Below, piece by piece: positions 20,441 through 30,135 of a stretch of DNA of 64,000 nt. The translations under genes and the position numbers were made by a program. The DNA lies in the sequence record NZ_LR134463.1; one strand, written 5' to 3'. The notes below the pieces were generated by a model. That model was not told the origin of the DNA, ran no database searches, and worked only from the letters and a program-made list of their open reading frames with translations. Each line of letters begins with the position of its first letter. Positions within the stretch are counted from its first letter, which is position 1. The stretch is from a plasmid.

Positions 20441-20486
20441 ACGGAGATCGCCGCGACAAGGGGACGGAGATCGCCGCAACAAGGGA
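20441..20486. repeat. 23-bp tandem direct repeat x2 (ACGGAGATCGCCGCGACAAGGGG / ACGGAGATCGCCGCAACAAGGGA) in convergent intergenic region
   Basis: 21/23 identity, head-to-tail, between dagK stop and MFS stop. Confidence 0.6.
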
Positions 20487-20530
20487 ATGGGTGTACCAGG
20501 ACATCCGCCCGCCGTGCTGGATGCCGGCGG

Positions 20531-21634
20531 TCATCCGTTGGCTCCCGCGATGACCGTGCCGAGCACGAAGACGCCGATCGCAGTACCCGCGTGCATGGCG
20601 CTGGTGTTCCACGCGCTCGCCGAGGCGCGTCGATCGCCGGCGGCCAGTGCCAGCGCCGTCTGCTGCGCAGTGACGAAGCCGCCGCTGCCGACGAACCACA
20701 CGAAGAGCGCCACGAGCGCGGGGACCGCGCTGTGTGACAGGGCGAACGCGCCGAGCCCTGCGCCGATTACCGCGATCCACAGGGCCGTCCGCGTGGGCCC
20801 GGGCAGGCCGGATCGGGTGAGCCTCCCACCTAGTAATGACCCGGTCACGCTGCCCAGCCCGACGAGGACACCCACGAGTCCGAGGCTCGCGGTGCTCCAG
20901 CCGAGACGCTCATGAAGAATCTGACCCGCATACGCGTAGGCGCCGAGACTGAACGACTGGACCACGAGGGTTGCCGCCAGGATCGGTCCGACGCGAGCAT
21001 CGAGGGCGACCCGCAAGCCCTCCCCGAGGGTCGGCGGAGTTCCAGCTGGTCGGCCGCGTGGAACGGCCGAGGCGAGCGCCCCGGTCGCGACCGCGGTGCC
21101 GGCCGCGAGGGCGACGAAGCTCCACTGCCACCCGGCCGCGGCGGCGATGCCGGCACCGACCGGGATACCGATCACCTGGCCGGACGAGAAGAACGCCATG
21201 CCGCGGCCCATCAGCATGCCGATGGACTCGGGGTCGGGGGAACTGTCCGCCAGGTACGCCCAGATGCTCGGTCCTGCGAGCGCCGCTCCGAGCCCGCCCA
21301 CCGCGCGAGCGGCGATCAGGACGGCGACCTGCGGCGCCAGGGCGCAAGCGAGGTTCGATACTAGGAACAATCCCGCGCCGATGAGCAACGGCGCCCGCCG
21401 GCCCACGCGATCGGAGACGGACCCGAGGAACGGCGACGCGATCGCATAGACCAGCACGTACGCGGTCGTGGCGTTCGCCGCCGTCGTGACGTCGGTCTGC
21501 AGCGCAGCCGTGATCGTCGGCAACAGTGGCGAGATCAGGAAGGTCTCCGCACCGATGAGGAAGAGCAGTAGGTACGCCCCTGCGATGCGCGGCCGGACGG
21601 CGATCGCGGCCGGCGCGCTCACGCGAACGTCCAT
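20531..21634 (-). CDS. MFS transporter
   Basis: 12-TM profile, 'SPFLGSVSDRVGRR' MFS motif A; 367 aa. Confidence 0.8.
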   Translation of the reverse strand: MDVRVSAPAAIAVRPRIAGAYLLLFLIGAETFLISPLLPTITAALQTDVTTAANATTAYVLVYAIASPFLGSVSDRVGRRAPLLIGAGLFLVSNLACALAPQVAVLIAARAVGGLGAALAGPSIWAYLADSSPDPESIGMLMGRGMAFFSSGQVIGIPVGAGIAAAAGWQWSFVALAAGTAVATGALASAVPRGRPAGTPPTLGEGLRVALDARVGPILAATLVVQSFSLGAYAYAGQILHERLGWSTASLGLVGVLVGLGSVTGSLLGGRLTRSGLPGPTRTALWIAVIGAGLGAFALSHSAVPALVALFVWFVGSGGFVTAQQTALALAAGDRRASASAWNTSAMHAGTAIGVFVLGTVIAGANG

Positions 21635-21788
21635 GCGCAGCCGCGTTCGCGCAGGTTGACGCCACTGCTGGTCGCAGGTCTCGGATGCATATTTCGGAGA
21701 CTAAGTAATGTTGACCGCAAACCTCAGGGTTGGGCCGACCATGATCTTGGGCTTGACTTCCGGTGGTTCGGACCGATAGCCGAAGGAC

Positions 21789-23438
21789 CTACTCAACGAT
21801 CGCGGCTCGGAGGGTGTCCAGGCCCATGCCGCCGAGCGCCAACGCGTCGCGGTGGAAGTCCTTGAGCGTGGATCCGGGGTGGGCGGCGAGGTAGGCGTCG
21901 CGCGTCTGCTCCCACACCCGCTGGCCCACCGAGTACGACGGCGCCTGCCCCGGCCAGCCGAGGTAGCGGTGGTACTCGAAGCGCAACTGCTCGTCGGACA
22001 TCGCGACGTGCGAGCGCAGGAACCGCCAGCCCTTCTCGTACGTCCAGGCCCCGCCGCCGACCTCCGCGGGCGCCTCGAAGCCGCAGTGCACGCCGATGTC
22101 GAGCACCACCCGCGAGGCGCGGAGCCGCTGCGAGTCGAGCATGCCCATGAGGTCGCCGTCGTCGTCGAGGAAACCCAGGTCGCGCATGAGCCGCTCCGCG
22201 TACAGGGCCCACCCCTCGCCGTGCCCCGAGACGAACGACGCGAGCTTGCGGAAGACGTTGAGCGGCGCGATCACCGACTGCCCGATCTGCAGGTGATGCC
22301 CGGGGACGCCCTCGTGGTAGACGGTGGTCTTCTCCTGCCAGGTGTGGAACTCGGTCACGCCGTCCGGTACCGACCACCACATGGCGCCCGCGCGCGACAG
22401 ATCGGCGGACGGGCCGGTGTAGTAGATCCCGCCCGAATTGCTCGGCGCGATCTTGCAGTCGAGCCGGTGCAGCTCGGCGGGGATGTCGAAGTGGGTCCCG
22501 GCGAGGGCGGCGACGGCCTCGTCGGAGGTCCGCTGCATCCACTCCTGCAGCGCGGCGGTGCCGTGGATCGTGTACCGCGGCTCGGTATCGAGCCGTGCGA
22601 GGGCCTCGGACACCGTCGCGCCGGGGTAGAGGCGGTGTGCGACCTGCTGCTGCTCGGCGACGATGCCGGCGAGCAGCTCCTGCCCCCAGGCGTAGGTCTC
22701 CTCGAGATCGACGTCCGCGCCCAGGTACAGCCGCGAGTACAGCGGATAGACGTCGCGGCCCACGCCGAGCCCGCCGGGCTCGTCGAGCGCCTTCGCGGCG
22801 GGCAGGACTTCGGTCTCGAGGACGTCCGCGTACCCGGCGAACGCGGCCCGCACCCGGTCCTTCAGGTCCGACGGTGCCTGCTCGCCCAGCCGGTCGACGT
22901 TCGCCGCGACCTGGTCGCCGGCCTTGCGGGCCTGCTCCAGCACCTCCCGCACCTGCAGCTCTGCGAAGGGCCAGGCACCGTCGGCGAGGCGGACCCGCAG
23001 GCCCTCCACGGCGGAGTCGACGGCGGACGGCACCGCCTCCAGCCGCGCGGTCAGCGTGGCGATCTCGTCCGGCGTGCCCGACGGGGTCAGGTCGAAGACA
23101 TCGCGGATGTCCTGCATCGGCGAGGCGATGACGTTCAGCTCGCCGACGGTGCGGCCCGCGTCGTGGATCGCGCCGTGTACGCCGAGCCGCTCGCGGAGCG
23201 TGGCCGCGGTGACCCGGTCGGCGTCGTTCTCCTCGGTCAGCCCGTCGAGCTGCGCCAGCGTCTCCCGCCCGACGGCGGCCTTCGCGTCCAGCCCGGCGGG
23301 GGAGAAGTCGGTGAGTTTGTCGTTGAGCTCGGTGATGCCCGCGTGTGTCGCCAGGATCGGGTCCGTGGCCGCGACCCGCAGGGCGAGCAGGTTGGCGAGC
23401 TGGTCGATGGGCGTGTTCGCAGCTGCAGCGTCCGACAT
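21789..23438 (-). CDS. DUF885-family protein (putative metal-dependent hydrolase)
   Basis: 549 aa; conserved 'YHEGVPGHHLQIGQ' His/Glu metal-binding-like motif typical of DUF885. Confidence 0.65.
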   Translation of the reverse strand: MSDAAAANTPIDQLANLLALRVAATDPILATHAGITELNDKLTDFSPAGLDAKAAVGRETLAQLDGLTEENDADRVTAATLRERLGVHGAIHDAGRTVGELNVIASPMQDIRDVFDLTPSGTPDEIATLTARLEAVPSAVDSAVEGLRVRLADGAWPFAELQVREVLEQARKAGDQVAANVDRLGEQAPSDLKDRVRAAFAGYADVLETEVLPAAKALDEPGGLGVGRDVYPLYSRLYLGADVDLEETYAWGQELLAGIVAEQQQVAHRLYPGATVSEALARLDTEPRYTIHGTAALQEWMQRTSDEAVAALAGTHFDIPAELHRLDCKIAPSNSGGIYYTGPSADLSRAGAMWWSVPDGVTEFHTWQEKTTVYHEGVPGHHLQIGQSVIAPLNVFRKLASFVSGHGEGWALYAERLMRDLGFLDDDGDLMGMLDSQRLRASRVVLDIGVHCGFEAPAEVGGGAWTYEKGWRFLRSHVAMSDEQLRFEYHRYLGWPGQAPSYSVGQRVWEQTRDAYLAAHPGSTLKDFHRDALALGGMGLDTLRAAIVE

Positions 23439-23458
23439 GCGACCAGGTTATGCCGGGC

Positions 23459-23935
23459 CTACAGACCGCGCGCGGCCCGGCCCGGCTTCTTCCAGGTGGC
23501 CGCGTTGGTCGCGGCCACGCCGACCGCGGCGATTAGGACGAGGAGCCAGAATCCGGTCGCGCCCCAGTGGTGGTGATGGGCGAGCTCGTAGGTCTCCTTG
23601 ATCGCGATGAGCGCCGCGCCGCAGGCCACGATCATCCACGCCCGGGCGACGGCGAAGAACCGCGCGAGCTTCGCCAACTGCGCGGTGTCGAGGCGCTCGC
23701 CGAGCGTGTTCAGGAACGCGGACTGGCGTCGCCGGGTGAGGAACATCGCGACCGGCGGCACGAGCCACCACCAGCGCGACAGATGCGAGGGCGGCGCGGT
23801 ACTGCGGACGACCTCGCCGATGCCGCTCAGTTCGGTCGCCTCCGCCTCCAGCTCCAGTCGCGCTTGGATCATCGGCCCCGCGACGAGCAGCCATCCGCCC
23901 AGGTACGCGGCCCAGCGGATCAGCGTTTCGAGCAC
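23459..23935 (-). CDS. small membrane protein (Rv2576c-like)
   Basis: 158 aa, 3-4 predicted TM helices; conserved neighbour of YpfJ-like peptidase. Confidence 0.5.
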   Translation of the reverse strand: MLETLIRWAAYLGGWLLVAGPMIQARLELEAEATELSGIGEVVRSTAPPSHLSRWWWLVPPVAMFLTRRRQSAFLNTLGERLDTAQLAKLARFFAVARAWMIVACGAALIAIKETYELAHHHHWGATGFWLLVLIAAVGVAATNAATWKKPGRAARGL

Positions 23936-23939
23936 CGGA

Positions 23940-24827
23940 TCAGATGGTGCCGCTGAAGGTGTCGCACTGCGCGGGAGCGCCGGTCCGGTAGCCCTGCGAG
24001 AACCACCGCACGCGCTGCTCCGACGTGCCGTGCGAGAAGGACTCGGGGTTGACGTTGCGTCCCGCGTTGCGCTGGATCGTGTCGTCGCCGATGGCCTGCG
24101 CGGTGGTGATCGCGTCCGAGATCTCCTCCTGCGTCAGCGGCTTGAGCATGGCGTCGGGTCCCTTGTCGGCGTGCGCCGCCCAGACCCCCGCGTAGCAGTC
24201 GGCCTGCAGCTCGACACGGACCGAGCCGCCCTGAGCGCCGCGTCCCTGCTGCGACTTGTTGATGTCGCCGAGCAGGGTCTGGACGTGGTGGCCGAACTCG
24301 TGGGCGACGATGTACTCCTGCGAGAACGGCGCGTTCGTGCCGCCCATCTTCTTGATCACGCGATCCATGAAGTCGAGCTGGAACACGGCGACCTGATCGC
24401 TCGGGCAGTAGAAGGGGCCGGTATCGGCGCCCGCGACGCCGCACGCGGTGTTGATGGACTGCGCGCCCACCGGCATGATCTTCGTCCCGCCGCGCGGGGG
24501 CTGGTAGCCGCGCAGGACCGTCGGCCACACCTTGTCCAGGGAGATCGTGGTGGCCTTGATGCGGCAGGCCGTGTCGCTGTTCGCCTGCTCCTTGGTGCAG
24601 TTCTTGAGCTTCTCGTCGAGCTGCTGCTCCGCCTGGGAGAGACCGGGCCCCGCTTGCTGCGGCGCCTGTGTCATCCCTCCGGTGCTGCCGGTGAGGAAAT
24701 AGATGAGCAGGCCGATCACGACTGTGCCGATGCTGCCGCCGCCGATCACCATGCCGCGGCCCATGCCGCCACCGCCGCCTGCGCTGACGTTGCCGCCCTC
24801 GAGCGGCCCGTTGCCCTGAAAGGTCAT
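23940..24827 (-). CDS. YpfJ-family neutral zinc metallopeptidase, Gly-rich membrane-anchored (Rv2575-like)
   Basis: HExxH 'AHEFGHHVQ', Gly-rich N-terminal 'GGGGGMGRGMVIGGGSIG' + TM; start set at internal ATG (MTFQGN). Confidence 0.7.
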   Translation of the reverse strand: MTFQGNGPLEGGNVSAGGGGGMGRGMVIGGGSIGTVVIGLLIYFLTGSTGGMTQAPQQAGPGLSQAEQQLDEKLKNCTKEQANSDTACRIKATTISLDKVWPTVLRGYQPPRGGTKIMPVGAQSINTACGVAGADTGPFYCPSDQVAVFQLDFMDRVIKKMGGTNAPFSQEYIVAHEFGHHVQTLLGDINKSQQGRGAQGGSVRVELQADCYAGVWAAHADKGPDAMLKPLTQEEISDAITTAQAIGDDTIQRNAGRNVNPESFSHGTSEQRVRWFSQGYRTGAPAQCDTFSGTI

Positions 24828-24924
24828 GCGCACAGCATTCCATGACAGGGGTGAGATCGTGAACCGGTTCGCCCCGTAGCATGACAGGCGCTGAAAGATT
24901 CCCTGTCGAAAGGACACCCCGAAA

Positions 24925-26727
24925 GTGCTGCGCACTCACCTGGCCGGATCGTTGCGTGCGGAGGATGCCGGCACCGTCGTCACCCTCGCGGGCTGGGTGG
25001 CGCGTCGGCGTGACCACGGCGGAGTGATCTTCATCGACCTGCGCGACAGCTCCGGCGTCGCGCAGGTCGTCTTCCGCGAGTCGGACGTCGCCGAGCAGGC
25101 GCACCGGCTGCGGTCCGAGTACTGCGTGCTGGTGACCGGCACCGTCGAGAAGCGGCCCGAAGGCAGCGAGAACCCGAACCTGCCGTCGGGCGCCATCGAG
25201 GTCAACGTGACCGAGCTGACGGTGCTCAACGAGTCGGCGCCGCTGCCCTTCCAGCTCGACGAGGAGCCGGGCGAGGAGGCGCGCCTGAAGTACCGCTACC
25301 TGGACCTGCGCCGCGAGGCCCCCGCCGCCGCGATCAAGCTGCGCAGCCAGGCGAACGCCGTGGCGCGCAACATCCTGGCGCTCAACGACTTCACGGAGAT
25401 CGAGACGCCGACGCTGACCCGGTCCACCCCGGAGGGCGCCCGTGACTTCCTGGTGCCCGCGCGCCTGCGTCCCGGCACCTTCTACGCGCTGCCGCAGAGC
25501 CCGCAGCTGTTCAAGCAGCTGCTCATGGTCGCGGGCATGGAGCGGTACTACCAGATCGCGCGCTGCTACCGCGACGAGGACTTCCGCGCCGACCGCCAGC
25601 CCGAGTTCACCCAGCTCGACATCGAGATGAGCTTCGTGGACCAGGAGGACGTGATCGCCCTCGGCGAGCAGATCGTCAAGGCCCTCTGGTCGCTCATCGG
25701 TCACGAGATCCCCACCCCGATCCCGCGCCTGACCTACGCCGAGGCGATGCGCCGCTTCGGCTCGGACAAGCCGGACCTGCGCTTCGGGCTCGAACTGGTC
25801 GAGTGCACCGAGTACTTCAAGGACACCCCGTTCCGCGTCTTCCAGGCGCCGTACGTCGGTGCGGTCGTCATGCCGGGCGGCGCGAGCCAGCCCCGTCGCC
25901 AGCTCGACGCCTGGCAGGAGTGGGCCAAGCAGCGCGGCGCCCGCGGCCTCGCGTACGTGCTGATCGGCGAGGACGGCGAGCTCACCGGCCCCGTCGCCAA
26001 GAACCTCTCGGACGACGAGCGCGCAGGCCTCGCGGCCCACGTGGGTGCCCAGCCGGGCGACTGTGTCTTCTTCGCCGCCGGCCCCACCAAGACGATGCGC
26101 GCCCTGCTCGGCGCGGCCCGCGGCGAGATCGCCGACAAGCTGGCCCTGATCAAGGACGGCGACTGGGCCTTCACCTGGGTCGTCGACGCCCCGCTGTTCG
26201 AGCCCGCGGACGACGCGACCGCCTCGGGCGACGTGGCCGTCGGCGACGGCGCCTGGACGGCCGTGCACCACGCCTTCACGAGCCCCAAGCCGGAGTCGAT
26301 CGACACCTTCGACACCGATCCGGGCAGCGCGCTGGCCTACGCCTACGACATCGTCTGCAACGGCAACGAGATCGGCGGCGGCTCGATCCGTATCCACCGC
26401 AAGGACGTTCAGGAGCGCGTGTTCGCGATCATGGGCATCGACGAGGAGCAGGCCCGCGAGAAGTTCGGCTTCCTCCTCGACGCCTTCTCCTACGGCGCCC
26501 CGCCGCACGGCGGCATCGCGTTCGGCTGGGACCGCGTGGTCTCGCTGCTGGCCGGCGCGCCGTCGATCCGCGAGGTCATCGCTTTCCCGAAGTCGGGCGG
26601 CGGCGTCGACCCGCTGACCGACGCGCCCGCGGCCATCACGGTGCAGCAGCGCCGCGAGTCGGGCATGGACGCGAAGCCCAAGAAGCCCGAGCAGGCCGCC
26701 GCGGACCAGGGCGCCGAGCAGAAGTAG
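24925..26727 (+). CDS. aspS: aspartate--tRNA ligase
   Basis: OB-fold anticodon domain + class II catalytic core, '[29 protein letters not shown]'; 600 aa. Confidence 0.9.
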   Translation: MLRTHLAGSLRAEDAGTVVTLAGWVARRRDHGGVIFIDLRDSSGVAQVVFRESDVAEQAHRLRSEYCVLVTGTVEKRPEGSENPNLPSGAIEVNVTELTVLNESAPLPFQLDEEPGEEARLKYRYLDLRREAPAAAIKLRSQANAVARNILALNDFTEIETPTLTRSTPEGARDFLVPARLRPGTFYALPQSPQLFKQLLMVAGMERYYQIARCYRDEDFRADRQPEFTQLDIEMSFVDQEDVIALGEQIVKALWSLIGHEIPTPIPRLTYAEAMRRFGSDKPDLRFGLELVECTEYFKDTPFRVFQAPYVGAVVMPGGASQPRRQLDAWQEWAKQRGARGLAYVLIGEDGELTGPVAKNLSDDERAGLAAHVGAQPGDCVFFAAGPTKTMRALLGAARGEIADKLALIKDGDWAFTWVVDAPLFEPADDATASGDVAVGDGAWTAVHHAFTSPKPESIDTFDTDPGSALAYAYDIVCNGNEIGGGSIRIHRKDVQERVFAIMGIDEEQAREKFGFLLDAFSYGAPPHGGIAFGWDRVVSLLAGAPSIREVIAFPKSGGGVDPLTDAPAAITVQQRRESGMDAKPKKPEQAAADQGAEQK

Positions 26728-26731
26728 CCGC

Positions 26732-27664
26732 GTGCGCCACATCCGGGTGATCAGCCCGCCGGACCGCACCGACGCGGTGCTCGCGCTGCTGCGGTCGCGG
26801 CCGGGGGTCACCCACATCACGTTGGCGCTCGGTGCGTCGCTCGTCCCCGCGGGCGACGTGCTCAGCGCGGAGGTCACCCGGGAGGCCGCGCACCGCGTGC
26901 TGCAGGGCCTCGAGGAGCTCGGCATCCCCGCCGACGGCGCCGTCACCGTCTCGACGTTGGACACGGTCCTCTCCGATGCCGCGGATGCGGCGGAGAAGGC
27001 CGTGCCCGGCGACCCGTCGGACGCCGTGGTCTGGGAGGAACTGACCGCCCGGACCCGCGAGGAGTCGACGCTCAACTCGACCTTCCTCGCCTTCCTGGTG
27101 CTGGCGGTGCTGCTGGCCGCGGTCGGCGTGGTGACGAACTCGCCGGTCACGGTGGTCGGCGCGATGGTCGTGGGGCCCGAGTTCGGGCCGCTCGCAGCGA
27201 TCGCGGTGGCGCTCGCCACCCGTCGTCTGCACTTCGCGGTGCGCCCGGTGATCGCGCTGTCCGTCGGCTTCCCCGTGGCGATGTTGTGCACCTGGCTGGG
27301 CGCCGAGGCGGCGCTCGCCGCCGACCTGTTCACCGTCGACGTCCTCGACTCCGCGGGCCAGGTCGACTTCATCTACCGCGTCGGGCCGTTCTCGCTCATC
27401 GTCGCGCTCCTCGCGGGCGCCGCGGGCATGATCTCGATGGTGACCGCGAAGTCGGCCGCCCTGGTGGGCGTCTTCATCTCGGTCACGACGGTGCCCGCGG
27501 CGGGATACGCCGTCGTGGCCGCGACGGTCGGGGAGTGGCAGCGCGCGCTCGAATCGACGGGGCAGCTCGCGATCAACCTCGTCGGCATCGTCGTCGCGGG
27601 GGTCCTGGTGCTGGTGCTGCGGCCCGCGGCGTGGCGCGACATGCGGGAGCAGGTGGGCCTGTGA
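26732..27664 (+). CDS. DUF389-family membrane protein (Rv2571c-like)
   Basis: 310 aa, Ala/Val-rich multi-TM C-terminal half; GTGA overlap with downstream ATP-grasp gene. Confidence 0.7.
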   Translation: MRHIRVISPPDRTDAVLALLRSRPGVTHITLALGASLVPAGDVLSAEVTREAAHRVLQGLEELGIPADGAVTVSTLDTVLSDAADAAEKAVPGDPSDAVVWEELTARTREESTLNSTFLAFLVLAVLLAAVGVVTNSPVTVVGAMVVGPEFGPLAAIAVALATRRLHFAVRPVIALSVGFPVAMLCTWLGAEAALAADLFTVDVLDSAGQVDFIYRVGPFSLIVALLAGAAGMISMVTAKSAALVGVFISVTTVPAAGYAVVAATVGEWQRALESTGQLAINLVGIVVAGVLVLVLRPAAWRDMREQVGL

Positions 27665-30135
27665 GCATCGACGCGCTCCGCGACCTCGACGCGGCCGGCC
27701 TGCGCCGGCTGTCGGCGCGGGTCCGCGGCCTCATCGACGACGAGGGCATCACCTACAACGCCCTCGACGCGCTGCCCGGCGTCCACGATCCGGCGATTCC
27801 CGGCGCCGCGACCGAGCCGGGGCCGTGGCGCCTCGACCCGTTGCCCGTCCTCCTCGGTGCGGAGGAGTGGGACGCCCTCGCGCGCGGCGTCGCGCAGCGC
27901 TCCCTGCTGCTCGACGCGGTGCTCAAGGACTTCTACGGCGAACAACGCACCCTCCGCACCGGCACCGTCCCGCCCGAGCTGCTGTTCGCGCATCCCGGCT
28001 TCATCCGGCGGGCCGTCGGCGTCCCGTCGCCCGGGCCGCGTTCGCTGTTCCTGCACGGCGTCGACCTCGGCGAGGCCGCCGGCGACGAGGTGAGCGGGTA
28101 CGTCGCGGTCGCCGACCGCACCCAGGCCCCCTCGGGCGTCGGCTACGCACTCGCCGACCGCCGGGTGACCTCCCGCGCTCTGCCGCGCGAGCTCCGGTCC
28201 GAGACCCCGCGGCCCGTCGCCTCGTTCGCGGCGGCGCTGCGCGTCCAGCTGGTCGAGGCCGCCCCGCCCGGCGTGGACGATCCGACCGTCGTCGTCCTCA
28301 GCCCGGGCTCGTTCTCCGAGACCGCCTTCGACCAGGCCTACCTGGCCTCGGTCCTCGGCTTCCCGCTCGTCGAGGCGTCCGACCTGACGGTGCGCGACGG
28401 AGGCGTGTTCATGCGTTCGCTCGGCCGGATGAAGCGCGTCCACGTGATCCTGCGCCGCGTCGACTCCGAGTTCTCCGACCCGCTGGACCTGCGCACCGAC
28501 TCGCAGCTCGGCGTCGTCGGCCTGGTGGAGATGATGACCCGCGGGGCCGTCACCGTCGTCAACACGCTCGGCTCGGGCGTCCTCGAGAACCCGGCCCTGC
28601 ACGCCTACCTGCCGCAGCTGTGCCGCGACCTGCTCGACGAGGACCTGCTGCTGCCGTCCACGCCGACCCTGCACGCCGCGACCCCGGCCGGACGCGCCGC
28701 CGTCGACGGCCCGCTCGACGACCGGCTCGTCCTCAACTTCGCCACGGGGGAGCGCTTCGCCGGCGGGGCGCTCACCGCCGACCGGGCCGACGACCTGCGG
28801 CAGCGGATCGCCGCCGACCCGACGGTCTGGTGCATCAAGACGCTCGTGCCGTTCACCGGCCGGCCCGCCGTCGAGCGCGGCACCGTGACGGAACGGGGCT
28901 TCGCCCTGCGCGCCTTCGCGCTCGCGCAGGAGTCCGGGTACACGGTCCTGCCGGGCGGGCTCGGCCAGGTGCTCGTCGACGGTGCGGACGCCGCGCTGCT
29001 GCACTCGTCGGCCGCTCGCGACGTGTGGGTGCCCTCGTCGGAGGACCTGCGCGCCCCCGCCCGGGTGGCGACCGCGCCCCGGTCGGGCCGGATCGGCGCC
29101 TCCGCCAGCGGCCCCGTGGCGACGCCCCGCGTGCTCTCGGACCAGTTCTGGATCGGCCGGTACGCGGAGCGCGCCGAGGCGACCGTGCGGATGCTGTCGA
29201 TGGCGCACGACCGGAGCCGCGAGTTCCGGCACCGCCCGTGGCAGGCGGGGGCCGACGTGCTGCAGCCGCTGCTCGACGCGGTGGTCGCGGCCACCGTGAC
29301 CGAGGAGCTGGGGCCGATCGTCGTGGAGGGCACCGAGCAGACCGACGTGCTCGCGCGGTTGCGCCGCCTCACCCTCGATGTGGACGTGCCGGGCAGCGTC
29401 GCGCACTCCGGCGTGCGCCTGCGGGCGTGCCTGCGGGCCGTCCGCGACCAGATGTCCACCGATACCTGGCTGGTGCTCAGCGGCGCCGAACGCTCGCTCG
29501 GGCGGCTCGCCGCCGACCGCGACGACGCGGGGGAGCAGCTCGACCAGACCCTCGGGGAGGTCCTGGTCTCGCTGCTGGCGTTCGCCGGCCTCGGCCGGGA
29601 GTCGCTGGTGCAGGACCCGGCGTGGCTCATGATGGACGCCGGCCGCAGGATCGAGCGCGCGCTGCAGCTCACCGCGGTGACCCGCGCGATGGTGGTTCCC
29701 GAGAATCCCGCCGAGATCGAGGCGGGCCTCCTCGACGCGTACCTCGTGACCTGCGAGTCCGCCGTCACCTACCGGCGTCGGCACCGTGCCGTGCTTCGCG
29801 CGGGCGCCGCCGTCGACCTGATGTTCCTCGACGCGACGAATCCGCGCTCGCTCGTCTCCGCGCTCACGGCACTCTCCGCCGACCTGGCGCAGCTGCCCGA
29901 CGAACTGCGCAGCGCGACCTGCGAGCGCACCGTCGGTGAGGTCCTCGCGCAGCTGGGACGGTTCGACCTCGACGACGCGGAGACGATCGTCGACGGGCGC
30001 CGTTCGGAGATCGAGGTGCTGCTGGACGCCGTCGACGAGGGCGTGCGAGACGTGTCGGACGTGCTGGAGCGGACCCGCTTCGCGCCGCCCGCGGCGGCCC
30101 GTCCGATCTGGGTGGGGGTGCAGTCGTGGGGCTGA
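27661..30135 (+). CDS. fused circularly-permuted ATP-grasp (type 2) + alpha-E domain protein (Rv2567-like)
   Basis: 824 aa from GTG 27661; N-terminal CP-ATP-grasp region then alpha-helical C-terminal region; upstream 125 codons of the ORF are Arg/Gly-rich read-through. Confidence 0.65.
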   Translation: MSIDALRDLDAAGLRRLSARVRGLIDDEGITYNALDALPGVHDPAIPGAATEPGPWRLDPLPVLLGAEEWDALARGVAQRSLLLDAVLKDFYGEQRTLRTGTVPPELLFAHPGFIRRAVGVPSPGPRSLFLHGVDLGEAAGDEVSGYVAVADRTQAPSGVGYALADRRVTSRALPRELRSETPRPVASFAAALRVQLVEAAPPGVDDPTVVVLSPGSFSETAFDQAYLASVLGFPLVEASDLTVRDGGVFMRSLGRMKRVHVILRRVDSEFSDPLDLRTDSQLGVVGLVEMMTRGAVTVVNTLGSGVLENPALHAYLPQLCRDLLDEDLLLPSTPTLHAATPAGRAAVDGPLDDRLVLNFATGERFAGGALTADRADDLRQRIAADPTVWCIKTLVPFTGRPAVERGTVTERGFALRAFALAQESGYTVLPGGLGQVLVDGADAALLHSSAARDVWVPSSEDLRAPARVATAPRSGRIGASASGPVATPRVLSDQFWIGRYAERAEATVRMLSMAHDRSREFRHRPWQAGADVLQPLLDAVVAATVTEELGPIVVEGTEQTDVLARLRRLTLDVDVPGSVAHSGVRLRACLRAVRDQMSTDTWLVLSGAERSLGRLAADRDDAGEQLDQTLGEVLVSLLAFAGLGRESLVQDPAWLMMDAGRRIERALQLTAVTRAMVVPENPAEIEAGLLDAYLVTCESAVTYRRRHRAVLRAGAAVDLMFLDATNPRSLVSALTALSADLAQLPDELRSATCERTVGEVLAQLGRFDLDDAETIVDGRRSEIEVLLDAVDEGVRDVSDVLERTRFAPPAAARPIWVGVQSWG

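Noticed and set aside
21635-21788. Possible tRNA in the AT-richer intergenic region (GGTGGTTCGGACCG resembles a T-arm)
   Set aside because: No acceptor stem/anticodon arm geometry, no CCA-compatible 3' end; cloverleaf cannot be built
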